Source of the DNA: Octopus vulgaris
Taxonomy: Eukaryota
Direction: 5' to 3'
Assembly (NCBI GenBank): GCA_951406725.2
Contig: OX597842.1
Span: forward strand, 24,490,001-24,554,000
DNA length: 64,000 nt
Positions 40,829-53,766 of the stretch are shown here, piece after piece; within the stretch, counting starts at the first letter, position 1, and each line of letters begins with the position of its first letter. The notes under the pieces were generated by a model. The model saw only the letters and a list, made by a program, of their open reading frames with translations. It was not told the origin of the DNA and made no database searches. Position numbers and translations under genes: made by a program.

Positions 40829-41779
40829 GATCTTTTCCTTTTGAACGGCATATGTCAACACAATTTCTAGTTAACTAAACACTTTTAAACTTCGTATACT
40901 GGTAGAATGTGTTTATAAAACATCATTTTTTCTTGGCTTTATTGAGAAAGTTCTATAGTTTGTAACATATTTCCACTTTAAAATCGAGCATTTTGGCAAT
41001 TTTAACCAATGAAATATGTCTATCTGGAGTCAAAACATACCGTGCTGTATGAATATGTCCCTTGTTTAAGAAACAGACTGGGTTTATTTACATTTGCGAA
41101 GAAAAAAAGATACCCTTCCCCCACCCCTAACCATAACTATAAACCTAACCCTAAAATAGATTGAAATGCAAAGATCGATACTAGGGTTATAATTATGGGT
41201 GACAGTTTCATACGACACCGCTATAGAAAATGGGATTTTTTTCTCGCGGTGTCAAATGAAAATGTCAACCATAATTATAACCCTAGTATCGATCTTTGCA
41301 TTACAATCTATTTTGGGGCTAGGGTTGGGGGAAGGGTATCTTTATCGTACCACTACTGCATAAATCTCTATGAGATATTTAGAAATGTATTGGTTCTTTT
41401 CGGTTTGAACGGCAGTTTTTCTAGCAGTGTCATATGAAATTGTGACCCTAGTATCGATCTATTGCATTTCAATCTCTTTTAGGGTAAGGGGTGGGGGGAA
41501 GGGTATCTTTTTTTTCTTCAGAAATGTAAATACACCCGATCTGTTTCTTAAACGAGGGACTTATTCAAACGGCACAGAATGTTTTCACCTCAATAGACGT
41601 CATTGATTGGTTGAAATTGCAGGAAAAAAAACAACAAATATCTTACAAACCGTAGAATTTTCTCAATAAAGACAAGAGAAAAAGATGTTTTATAAACACA
41701 TTCTACCAGTATACGAAGTTTAAAAGTGTTTAGTCACCTAGAAATTATGTTAAAAACTGCCGTTCAAACCGAAAAGACC
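40829..41779. mobile_element. Cluster of GGATCTTTTC-family MITE copies (inverted paralogue at ~63211-63985; other copies at 15253-15390 and 35090-35323)
   Basis: Same TIR and arm sequence, CCCTAA tracts. Confidence 0.8.
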
Positions 41780-44700
41780 TACATACTCTGTTGTTGATGG
41801 TGAAATTCCAATGAAGGATCCTTGGATTTAGGTTAGAAATTGGCTCTTTCTCTATTGGCAAGAAATTTTGATATAAAACTGAACAATGGTATACATATAT
41901 ACATATGTACGTACATACATGGGGACTTGCTATAGCAACGAAGCTAAGATACACAGAGTGAAGCCACTTGGGAAAGATTGACTCTAAACTCTGCTGTGCA
42001 TTCACACTAAGTGTTAACATTCTAGCTCTCTTCTGCTGTTTGCAGCAATGTTTGGAAGGAAGATGTGTAGCGTGTAATTGTCACATTGAGCATGATAGAA
42101 AGTTGAGCAGAGAATCTGCATCAGATGTTGCCAAAATCAGGGCAATACCTGCTCAGAGGCCCACACAAATTTTCATCATTCTCGACACAATCAAGGGAAT
42201 CTTGTATAACTTATTTCTTTATTACCCACAAGGGGCAAAACACCCAAAGGAAAGACGCACGGGTTTAGTCCGTTATATCGACCCCGAAAGGATGAAAGGC
42301 AAAGTCGACCTCGGCGGAATTGGAACTCAGAACGTGATGGCAGACACAATACGTATTTCTTTACTACCCACAAGGGGCTAAACAGAGGGGACGAACAAGG
42401 ACAGACAAACAGAGTAAGTCGATTACATCAATCCCAGTGCGTAACTGGTACTTATTTAATCGACCATGAAAGGCAAAGTCAACCTCGGTGAAATTTAAAC
42501 TCAGAAGATAACGGCAGATGAAATACGGCTACGCATTTCGCCCGGCGTGCTAACGTTTCTGCCAGCTCACCACCTTGTATAACTAAAACCTGAGTGACCC
42601 CTGGGGTCAGACAGGAAAGCAAAATGAAAATGAGATTTAAGAAGAGTAATCGCCCTCGACCTTCTTGAATATTTTAGAAGCTTCCTATAAACTTCCAGAT
42701 GACATAGCAGTCAGGGACTTCTGGTATATCCCTAATATAAAGCAGAACATTCTAATTTTGTGCCACCCTTGCGTTGACTCCTGACTCCTAGACATGCATT
42801 GACTCAGGTCATGCACATACACACCCGCAAGTGCATGTGTTCGCCTTATTTTGCTTTGAGACGTGGTCCCAAAATATGTTCATCTGATGTTACAAGCTTT
42901 TCCTTCAATTAACCTCATATGTCAACGCATGACCTCTGGATCTTGCCTGAGTAGGGTTTCCTCTCCAAAGACCTTCCGCTGTTCAGCTCTCTTGAGAATT
43001 TCCTACCATTGTCTTATTTTAACATTTCATCAGTGACTGGGAAATATATTTCCTTCACACTCCTTCTCTCACATGGTTACCATCGACTCAATGGCTCCAT
43101 CGCATATTCACTAGATAACCACCATCATTAGCATTTAATGAACAAACTTATCCCTTCGTTTATCTCTCATCACTGTATCTTAGCATCTAACACCAAGTAT
43201 TTTCTATATTAAATAATATCAACAAATTATATAACTTCAAAACAAACATTTATTGTAGATCAGTTTGGAGAAATGTGTAACTTTTATCAAACATTGATCG
43301 AGTGTGAATTCTATGCTGTATCATCAATTGTATAGGCTCATAAGGGACACATTTGGATAGGGTTGCCAAATTAGAAAACCATATATACGGGACACTTTTA
43401 AAATCTCTCTCTATATATATATTTATACATGCCTACACACCCAACATAATATATAAAAGCAGAGAGATAAGTTAAAAAGATAATGCAATTGATTTAATGG
43501 GTTATGAAGTCAAAATTATTTAATACAAGCTAAAGAAATAATAAATTCTATTAAAGTGAAATAATTTGAAAATATTTCTTTAATACAGACAACAGAGAAA
43601 TAAGCAAACAATATCTTGTGTAATGTGTACATATAGGCGTAGGAGTGGCTGTGTGGTAAGTAGCTTGCTTACCAACCACATGGTCCCAGGTTCAGTCTCA
43701 CTGTGTAGCACTTTCGACAAGTGTCTTCAACTATAGCCTCGGGCCGACCAAAGCCTTGTGAGTGGATTTGGTAGACAGAAACTGAAAGAAGTCCATCGTA
43801 TATATGTGTGTGTGTGTATATGTTTGTCCCCCAAACATCACTTGACAATCGATGCTGGTGTGTTTACGTCCACCATAACTTAGCGGTTCAGCAAAAGTGA
43901 CCGATAGAATAAGTACTAGGCTTACAAAGAATAAGTCCTGGGTCTATTTGCTCAAATAAAGGCGGTGCTCCAGCATGGCCACTGTCAAATGCCTGAAACA
44001 TGTAAAATAGATAGGTTTCCCTATTTTCTTTCATGTATCCATATTTATTATTGAAATATCACTTCCAGTATCGAACTGAAGTTTAATATTTATTCCAATC
44101 ATTTTTACGTGTACAAATTTTCTTATTTGGGAGTTGAATTTTGTTTCTGTTGAGAGCCCTCTAGGATCTTTAATGGTTGGTCTTCAGAATTTAGTTCTGC
44201 AGTGTGAATTTCTGTATTTTCAGTTGTTGTAAGGCCTTTTACCAAAAGAAGACACCTGAACATCTCAGGTGTAAATTCTCTGAGTTTAAAAATATTCACA
44301 CATTCTGTTAATTGTTCCTGCGTATGTGATAAAATCACCATCCTCTTTTTTCATTATATTCCAACACACCATCCAAGTGTTAGAGAAGTTTTATCACCAA
44401 ATATGTTAGACAGTAATTCTATTGTTTCTTTAAAACAAATTTCATTGAGTTTTTTGGGGTAATATGAAATTAAAGTAATGTTCATACTCAGATGGGGCTC
44501 ATTTATGTCATAATAACCTTACTTTTTCTGTGTCTGACCATGTCTTACAATCTTCCTTAAAAATTACCTGCTGTAGTACAATGCAACAGTTATACCGTCC
44601 TCTGGGTTATAACTGGATTCATTGAGTCCAAAATGTCGTCTGGCAAAAATGTACTTCCCTCATTTTTGGACTTCTTTGAATAAAGCTCCAATAATTGTTG

Positions 44701-46010
44701 TTGTTGCTGCCTTTGTCGTTGATTTTGCAACAGTTTTATAGAAGCTAATTAGTCTTCCAAGATTTAACAATTTTGTATCACAAAAATTTGTTAACTGACC
44801 TGCAAGAGCTTCGAAACCCTCATCGCCAGATGTTGTAACATAATTGTTCCTTACAATAAATAAGATAACCAGAAAATTGTAACAACAATCTAATGAACTA
44901 ACAAATCTTTTAAGAACCAACATTCAATATTACTTAGGAAGTAAACCAAGCGACACCTTCCGACTTCACTTGACTCTGAACCGCAAACCCACTCAGAACG
45001 TTACTATTTATACTTTACTCGGACCAGTCTATCTCTCACAAGGGGACATGGTAACTCTCATCACAACAGGTGCCATTCTAACCAGATGCCCATCATAAAT
45101 CCCTGCTTGGTGTCTGGTAAGAACAAGACCATGAAAACCTGCTCTACAGAATGATTTAGCAAAAAATAAGTATCATCCGTTGCAGGGGTTGAGCAGGGAT
45201 GTGTTTGAACCATAGGGAGTGGGGCATTAGGCTCTTGAAAAATATTTCCCACTCTACACCCAAAACTGTGACAAACAGCAATAAGCCTCCAGCTAGTGCC
45301 AGAATATGTGGGCAGTAGCACAAAGGGTGCAGATCCTGGGATCCCTGAGTGTGTCCAGCAGAGGATAACTGATCATGGCTGGGAACTGGAGTGTAATACA
45401 TTTGTGTCAAAATAATATATCCTCAAGAAAACAGAGCAAATTAATATAATCAATATTGTTTGAATAAAAAACACAAATCGTAATTAGTGAGTTGATGCAA
45501 ATGAGGAAAATGTGAAAAATGAATTTATTTTGTAAAAAGTAATACATTTGCAGTATTTTATTCAGCAGGACATCTGTTTTATCATTGATATTGTTATTGA
45601 TCAATATGAATAAGTATATGTTTAGTTAAGGTAGATTATTGAGAGAATGATTTAGCACAGATTACACAGTCATAAGAATCTTCTCCTGTATGAATATGTT
45701 TGTGTTTAGTTTATTATTTCTCTCTATGAAAGAATGACTTGTCCCAGATGTCACAGTGATATGATTTCTCTCCTGTATGAATGTATTTGTGATGAGTTCA
45801 ATATTGTTCCACAGAGAATGATTTACCTCAGATATCACAGCAATAGAGTTTCTCTCCTGTATGAATACGTTTATAAGTATATACAGCATATTCCTGAGAG
45901 AATGATTTGCTGCAGACATCACAGTCACATAGTTTCTCTCCAGTATGAGCAGACTTGTAATTAATTAAATATTTTCTTAAACGGAATAATTTACTGCAGA
46001 TACTACAGTG

Positions 46011-46981
<971 letters not shown>

Positions 46982-47439
46982 TATTGTTCTGTAGTATACA
47001 GACAGAAAATATATTTTCCCCTTCTTTATATATATCTTCTACAGCAAATCTGATCTTGAATATCTAAAAATGATACAAACACCGTTCCAGATTTTCTCAC
47101 ATTCAAACTGAATGTGAAATACTTTTGTAAATATTCCTGGCAATGAGGAAAACAAATGTTGCTATCAATTCAGAAGAAATATTTCACCGTTATTCACCAT
47201 AGATATATTATATAAACAGAGTTATTATCTATTATTTATAACGGTTGACATTCGTTTTTAAAACATGATCAATATTCATGATGTATCTCACGTAAAACTC
47301 CTTTATACGAGTATCTGAAATGACACAGAAACAGTAGAAGATATAGGAAAGACTTTAAAAAGCAAAGGGTTAACAATAAAAATTATAACTACATTTTCAT
47401 AATGATAAACTGAGGATATAAACTTTTACCCGAATAAAT

Positions 47440-48817
47440 TACACTTTAAAATGATACTCATGACACAAGACATTACTTTCGTCTATAATGACCTGAGTCA
47501 TAAATCTAATACTTTCTCTAGTTTAGTTTCAATGCACCCAAACAAACAAAAGGAAAAGCAGTGTAAATAACGGACAGAGTCAAAACTATTGAAAAGGTTG
47601 CAAGACGCAACGAAAATTTTAGGAAAAAAGGAAATAAGTAAGAAATAACTGCAAAATTTTACCGATGAGTGTGTTAAGTTATAAGGCATCAACCACAGTG
47701 AAAATTTTGTTGATCCGACAAATGCGTCGGTGCACACACAGACGATAGAGAGATTGTGGGGGTCAGTTAAGAGATCAGTTGTTCGCCCAGGCATTCGTGC
47801 CTGTTACTTAAAGCAATACCTCTCCAAGTTCCTATTTATGGAAAGCATCAAACCTGCTGCCAAGAGAATACACGTATTCTTATTGGCAGCAGCAAGTCTT
47901 TATCCTGGCCCGAGATAATTTTTTCCTCCAACCCATCTCATTTCTTTATCATCAATGTCGATGGACCACTCAAAGAGGTATGTATACATTATCATTTTCG
48001 TAACATAATTTCTGTAGTATTTCAAGATGTTTCTGACACGTATTTTGATTCATATGGCGGAGATCCAACATTTCTTCACTTTTTCCAGAATTTCTTTTCT
48101 TTTTTTTTTTTTTTTTTTTGCGAAATATGTACAAAAATACGGAGTTTATGATTCATGTGTGAGTGTGTGTTCTTGATACTCGTTTAGAACAAGTAGTTTT
48201 ACACCAATTACACTATTTTTTCTTAGTTTAAAGGCTATGGACTGAAGATGTGAAATTTCTGAAGCCTCTCCCCCACCCCCCTTTCGCGAGCGCGTATTTT
48301 TTTTTTATCATATTCGTTTAGAGCAAGTTGTTTTACACCTATTACGCTATTTTTGTTTTTGTGCCTGAGTCAGACGGTTTCGGAAATTCCCGATGTAAAT
48401 TTTCCGAGGCTTCTCCCCCACCCCTCTTTCGCGAGGGCGCATTTTTTTTGTCATATTCGTTGAGAGCAAGTTGTTTTACACATATTACACTATTTTTTTT
48501 TGTTTTGGTGCCCGGGTCAGCCCCTCAGACGCTTTCGGAAATTCCCGATGTAAATTTTCCGAGGCTTCTCCCCCACTCCTCTTTCGCGAGGGCGCATTTT
48601 TTTTGTCATATTCGTTGAGAGGAAGTTGTTTTACACATATTACACTATTTTTCGTTTGTTTTGGTGCCCGGGTCAGCCCCTCAGACGCTTTCGGAAATTC
48701 CCGATGTGAATTTTCCGAGGCCTCTCCCCCACTCCCCTTACGCGTGCGCGCATTTTTTTTCATATTCGTTCATATTTTTTTTTGTTTCTTTGAATGGTGT
48801 AACGCTTTAGTTTAACC
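47440..48817 (+). mobile_element. Merlin (IS1595/ISXO2-like) DNA transposon, 5'-truncated
   Basis: 47680-47918 translates INHSENFVDP...HTQTIERLWGSVKR...YLKQYLSKFLF (C-terminal part of the IS1595-type DDE domain); subterminal tandem repeats; terminus ...ctttagtttaacc at 48817. Left boundary approximate. Confidence 0.8.
48175..48775 (+). repeat. Subterminal tandem repeat, ~140-155 bp unit, ~4 copies
   Basis: tcatattcgtt recurs at 48308, 48451, 48606, 48760 with conserved intervening sequence. Confidence 0.9.
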
Positions 48818-49504
48818 GTTAATTCTATTCGCCAATAAATGTCTTTAATTAAGCCAAGAAAATTTGGATTTTACTTGGCATGGCCATGAAAAAGCACCAA
48901 ATTTTTAGCTTTTTTTATTACAGTAGATATTCCATTTGCTGACTGTGTCGATTCAAAGCCGTCTATTGATTTATCATAGAGGTATTATTTGCTAAACATC
49001 TATATTTGCTGTTCCTGTCGAAATAATCCACGTTAATTATGTCTGATTTTTGCTCCTGTGAATAATCTGCAATCTAATAAAACATAAATAGCTGACTGCA
49101 ACATGAGGCCAGTGGTACCGCGATGATAAAACAAGATACACCTTTTCGTAGACAGAATCAGCAAATGGCTTAAACTTGAAAAGAAACGAATACACAAACG
49201 TATTTATGATCCAGACCTTCAACACATGTGAATGCAGAATTTCTTTAAAAGATTTACATTATTAATAAGGTTACAGAAGGAAAAGTCGTGGTGGGTTGGT
49301 GTTTAAATTATACTTGTGTTTATGTTTGATGTATTCTAAAAGTCAGGACAGTCGGGAACACAAGCGAATTTCATTAAGAGGTCTGCTCAGTCAGGGGTGA
49401 CCATGGGCTAAACAACAGTGAGTTGCAACGTTTCTGAAGATAGTAGAATATTATTGTCCACCGTTTTGTAGTTTAACATTTTCCATAATATCTGAAGGTG
49501 GAGG

Positions 49505-49620
49505 GGTTAAACTAAAGCGTTACACCATTCAAAGAAACAAAAAAAAAATGTGTGTAATAGGTGTAAAACAACCCAAAGTGGTTAGCCATGGATGGCTTCT
49601 AAACTTCCTTTAGTTTAACC
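49505..49620 (-). mobile_element. 116-bp mini-Merlin of the same family, opposite orientation
   Basis: TIRs GGTTAAACTAAAG...CTTTAGTTTAACC; first ~45 bp are the reverse complement of 48773-48817. Confidence 0.8.
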
Positions 49621-49736
49621 CAATTAACATCGATGTCAAACTAGCAACTTTTAAAACTTTTTACTTTTGTTTGGAGTTTCGAATTAGCCAGGTTAATCGG
49701 CTTCTGCTAAAAAATAAAATATATATTACATCTTAC

Positions 49737-50030
49737 CTGTTTTGATAAATAGATCATATGTTACGATAATTAGATTAATGTGAATTAATGTTAATTACAC
49801 AAAAGAGCAATTAACGGGAATATAGTTTAAACACACTATAAAAGTCGGCATGGAAACTCAACGAAACGAACTAAAATATCCTGATGTCGTATGCCGCGTA
49901 TTACTACACATTTGTCGGATGATAAAACTGAGTTGGTAAATTTTTTATGTTTTATTATTGCTATAATTACTATTTAAAATTTTGAATTGTAAGAAAAAAA
50001 TCCAAATGATGGCAAAAGATACAAAACTAA
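49737..50030 (-). promoter_or_regulatory. Putative promoter/exon 1 of gene F (donor at 49736; acceptor 47316-47315)
   Basis: Diverged copy of the module that keeps cag|gtaaga. Confidence 0.5.
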
Positions 50031-50344
50031 AGCTTATTTTCCAGTCGATTGCTACTTTTACGCTGTTCTGTCGTCGAACCCGTAAGTTACAGGGACGGAA
50101 AGAAACGAATCCAGCTTATCAGAGTGATGTTGGATGAGGATAGGGGGAAACATGCAGGCATCAGTGTTCGAAAACCATTGTTGGTTTGTTTATATTCCAG
50201 TAACTTAGTTGTGCAATGGAAGAGGGCGGGGGTAAAGAATACGCACACCACCCGTTTACGGTGTAAGCCTAACCCATGCGTCGCAGGAGGCGGAAGAGGT
50301 CAAGCAGGTCGCACGTGTGGTCATCGACGAAGGGACAGTTCGAG

Positions 50345-52416
50345 CAGAGATGAGAAATCGCACGTTGACGTCGGTTGTGTTTTTTTTACGCTCGTGAAAT
50401 TTGGTAAAAAAGAACAAAAAGTGAGTGGGAAAATTGTTGTTGTGGAATTTTGTACGTTTGTTGATGCGGTTTCGCGTTACACTGGTTCTACGCGTTGCAC
50501 TGTTTCTGTTCGGGCGGCCGTTTTCGGTCTGTCAGACGGAGGGATATGGACGACCACTCCCTAGTGGAGGAGTCGGAGGAAGAATGGATATTTGAGAACT
50601 TGTCGGAGACATCGACCTCTGAAGACGAGCAAATCGGTGATGTAAATAATGTGGAGATAAAAAACAGGAAAACGTACGCAGGAGTTGTAAAAAAGAAGAC
50701 GGCACAGGAAAAGGAAATAAACCTAGAAAAATTGCCAGGTTTCCAGAGGTATATGAGGAAGGACAGCGGTGAGGTGGAACTAACACCATCACCAAAGAGA
50801 AAAGAATGGTTCGAGAAAAGGACCATCATATACAGGGTATTCGCAAGCGGAACGAAAAAGATAGAAGTGGTGAATATGGAGTGGATAAATGAGGCGCTAA
50901 GAAGAACGGAAGAGGAAATCGAATTTCTGTCGAGAGGTTCAAAACATGGTACTGTAGTAGTACAGTTCAAAAGTAAGAAGGCAGCAAGGAAGAAGGCGGT
51001 GAAATCCGAGAAGGTAATACTTTTGCCTACGTATTTAAATAGAAAAATCACAAGAGTAAGGGTCGAGGGAATAGCCCCAAACGTTGAAGCCGAGTGGATT
51101 GTGGCGGCTATAATTAGCGGCCACGAGGATGAAGTGGACATCCTCCATGCCTCGGTTAAGACCGAGGGCTGGAGAGGCGTGACAGTGGAACTAAATGTGC
51201 AGGCAGAGAACGATGTACTGGTGGACCTAACAGAAAACATCAGATTGGGAGACGTGATCTTGAGAGTGTGGGTGGAGGGCAGGGCGCCCAGGTGCTATAA
51301 GTGTGGCCTGAGGGGTCACATAAGAGCCTACTGCCCTCTCCCACACAAAGAAACAGTGATCCAGGAAGAGGAGGAAACGGAGCCGGAAAAAGTTGAAGCG
51401 GAAGAACCTGAGGAGGAGAAGGAAATCCAAACTGAGTGGGAAGACGTACGGAAAAAAAGAAAAAGAAGAAGGAAAGTGAACTTTATTGAATCCCAATCCA
51501 CCCCAACACCACCCGCACCCTCTGAGCCCCATCCTTCCCCTGCAAACAAAGAGCCCACCCATTCCCCACCTACAAGAAAACCTAAAAACGCAGACACACA
51601 GATGATACAAGAGCCCAAGCCCCATACTTTATGTTTTATAAAAAAGGAAGACAATGTGAAGCCGACAAGTATCTTTGGTGAAAAATCATGGTATGAGGGA
51701 GAAGATGGAAGTTACATGGCGATGAAAGGTGAAATAATGGACGCAAGGAAGATTTTGTCGGAAATAAAGGGTGTAGAAGCGATTGAGGTGGAATTTTCGG
51801 ATGAGAAGATAAAAGAGTGTGAAGAGATATTTGAGATAGTATTAGGAAAGGAGGGGCTTTTGATTGGAGATGATAGGTGACGAAGGGTTGTGAAGGACAG
51901 GTAAGTGATGCTGGCGGATGGGGCCGTTAGCATCGCTTTCATATTACCATTTTTTCATTTAAAATTCATTTTTCATATTATTAATTATAATGTTCTATGT
52001 CCCCAATGTTTTGTAATGTCCCCTCTCCGTCGCCCCTTGTGGGTAATAAAAAATCAGAGATTAGAAATCGCACGTTGACGTCGGTTGTGTTTTTTATACG
52101 CTCGTGAAATTTGGTAAAAAAGAACAAAAAGTGAGTGGGAAAATTGTTGTTGTTGTGGAATTTTGTACGTTTGTTGATGCGGTTTCGCGTTACACTGGTT
52201 CTACGCGTTGCACTGTTTCTGTTCGGGCGGCCGTTTTCGGTCTGTCAGACAGAGGGAGATGGACGACCACTCCCTAGTGGAGGAGTCGGAGGAGGAATGG
52301 ATATTTGAGACCTTGTCGGAGGCATCGACCTCTGAAGACGAGCAAATCATATTATTAATTATAATGTTCTATGTCCCCTCTGCATCGCCCCTTGTGAGTA
52401 ATAAAAAAATCAGAGA
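50345..52416 (+). mobile_element. ORF1-only retroelement with A1-ORF-B1-A2-B2 direct repeats
   Basis: A1 50351-50635 matches A2 52061-52348; B1 51973-52060 matches B2 52347-52416; CAGAGA at both outer boundaries and at the B1/A2 junction; AATAAA plus A-run in B. Confidence 0.75.
50546..51880 (+). CDS. Gag/ORF1-like protein with one CCHC zinc knuckle (Tx1/L1-type ORF1p-like), 444 aa
   Basis: Intact ORF in GC-richer DNA; TYAGVVK motif, RVWVEGRAPRCYKCGLRGHIRAYC knuckle (51293-51334), acidic tract, W..V.KKRKRRRK basic tract and Pro-rich linker. Confidence 0.8.
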   Translation: MDDHSLVEESEEEWIFENLSETSTSEDEQIGDVNNVEIKNRKTYAGVVKKKTAQEKEINLEKLPGFQRYMRKDSGEVELTPSPKRKEWFEKRTIIYRVFASGTKKIEVVNMEWINEALRRTEEEIEFLSRGSKHGTVVVQFKSKKAARKKAVKSEKVILLPTYLNRKITRVRVEGIAPNVEAEWIVAAIISGHEDEVDILHASVKTEGWRGVTVELNVQAENDVLVDLTENIRLGDVILRVWVEGRAPRCYKCGLRGHIRAYCPLPHKETVIQEEEETEPEKVEAEEPEEEKEIQTEWEDVRKKRKRRRKVNFIESQSTPTPPAPSEPHPSPANKEPTHSPPTRKPKNADTQMIQEPKPHTLCFIKKEDNVKPTSIFGEKSWYEGEDGSYMAMKGEIMDARKILSEIKGVEAIEVEFSDEKIKECEEIFEIVLGKEGLLIGDDR

Positions 52417-52929
52417 CGAGGAAGCGACAGGACGTGTGAAATTCGTAAGAGACCTCGGATCTTCGCCGAGGTAAGGCCTTTTGTATTTCTTCCTCCCGTT
52501 GCTTCTCCTTCTGTTGTCCTCTTCATCCATCACACTACACATACATACTTGTCCTTCTCATCAAGTAAACTCTTAGCAGAAAAAGAATCAGGAAAATGCC
52601 TTTTATCACACGCCTTCTTAAAAAGAATGGCGGTGACCCAGCATGGCCACAGCTCGTGAGCTGAAACTAGATGAAAATAAATAAATAAAACTAAGGGAGG
52701 TCTCTCCCGTTTTTATTTCTAATATTCTTTAAACGATTGAATTTGGATTTAATGAAAATAATATTGAATAAGACTTTGCGAGTCAGCTTTACATAATTTC
52801 TTGGGTATTGGTTAGAAAACAACCCACGGGTTTCTCACCTTAACCTTAGAAAGAAATAAACGAAGAACGACACTACAGGTTTAAAGAGGAGATCGTAAGA
52901 GTAGCAAAAAACCTGAAAATAAGTAGTCA

Positions 52930-53215
52930 GCATATACTTTTGTATTTTTTGCCATTATTCGGGGTTTTTTCATTATAATTCACATTTCGTAAACGTAATT
53001 ATAGCAATAAAAACCATTAAAAATTTACCACTTCAGTTTTAGCATCCGACAAATGCGTAGTAATAGGACGGATACAATATTCAGATTTTAGTTCGTTTCG
53101 TTGACGTTCCGTGTCGGTTTTTCTAATGTGCCTTTAAATTATATTTCCCGCCAGATCGATCCTTTCCGTAATTAACGTTAATTCATATTAAACACTAATT
53201 TATTTGTCATCACAG
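52930..53215 (+). promoter_or_regulatory. Putative promoter/exon 1 of gene G (donor GT 53216; acceptor AG 54657-54658)
   Basis: Diverged copy of the module that keeps cacag|gtaaga. Confidence 0.5.
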
Positions 53216-53427
53216 GTAAGATACAATACATGTTTTGTTTGTGGTAAAATCCGATGACCCTGGTTAATTGGAAACTCCAGACAATTGCGAAAGTTTTGAA
53301 TGTTGCTAATCTGATTTCGATATTAATTCCATTCTCCGTTAAACTTCTTGAATAATGCCAAGAAAATCTAATCTTAATTTTTACTTGGTATGTCGATGAA
53401 AAAGCACCAAATTTTTTATGTCTTTTA

Positions 53428-53766
53428 TGCGATGTTACGGTACAAGTACCGGATACATTAAAAAAAAGTGGGGTTTTTTATATATGGAGGGTTAGGGTTT
53501 CTGTTAGGGGTGGGAGAAAAGGGTTTCTGTTATAAATCATTAAAAATGTTTAAGCCGCGGCCATGCTGGGGCACCACCGCTGGAGCTCATATCTTCAGAA
53601 ATGTAAACAAAGTCACGTGTGTACATATACCGAAGGATCGCCACATACCCTAACCCTAACACAAACCCTAACTTAAAACCTAACCCTCCATATATAAAAA
53701 AAACACTTTTTTGAAATGTATCTGGTACTTCCGGAAGTACACCGGTACTTATACCGTAAAATCGCC
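53428..53766. mobile_element. GGCGAT-TIR MITE with CCCTAA tracts (related copies 16914-17057, 14316-14474)
   Basis: TIR (g)gcgat.ttacggta.aagtaccgg / ccggtacttataccgtaaaatcgcc; flanks gtctttta / ttctttta; empty site near 48900-48925. Confidence 0.7.

Noticed and set aside
41745-42381. ORFs conserved with 62703-63246
   Set aside because: Conservation reflects the recent inverted duplication; ORFs run into MITE and SINE sequence.
43343-43400. tagggttgcca...cgggacac, hAT-like terminus (mirror at ~61820-61870)
   Set aside because: No partner TIR or target duplication found.
50049-51942. ORFs 50049-50564 (+) and antisense ORFs over the gag-like gene
   Set aside because: No motifs; explained by the purine bias and GC content of the real ORF.
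50351-52348. Classical LTR pair (TRIM/LARD) around the gag-like ORF
   Set aside because: No clean TG...CA ends, primer-binding site or polypurine tract; the repeat includes the ORF start and is followed by a second poly-A-type tail.
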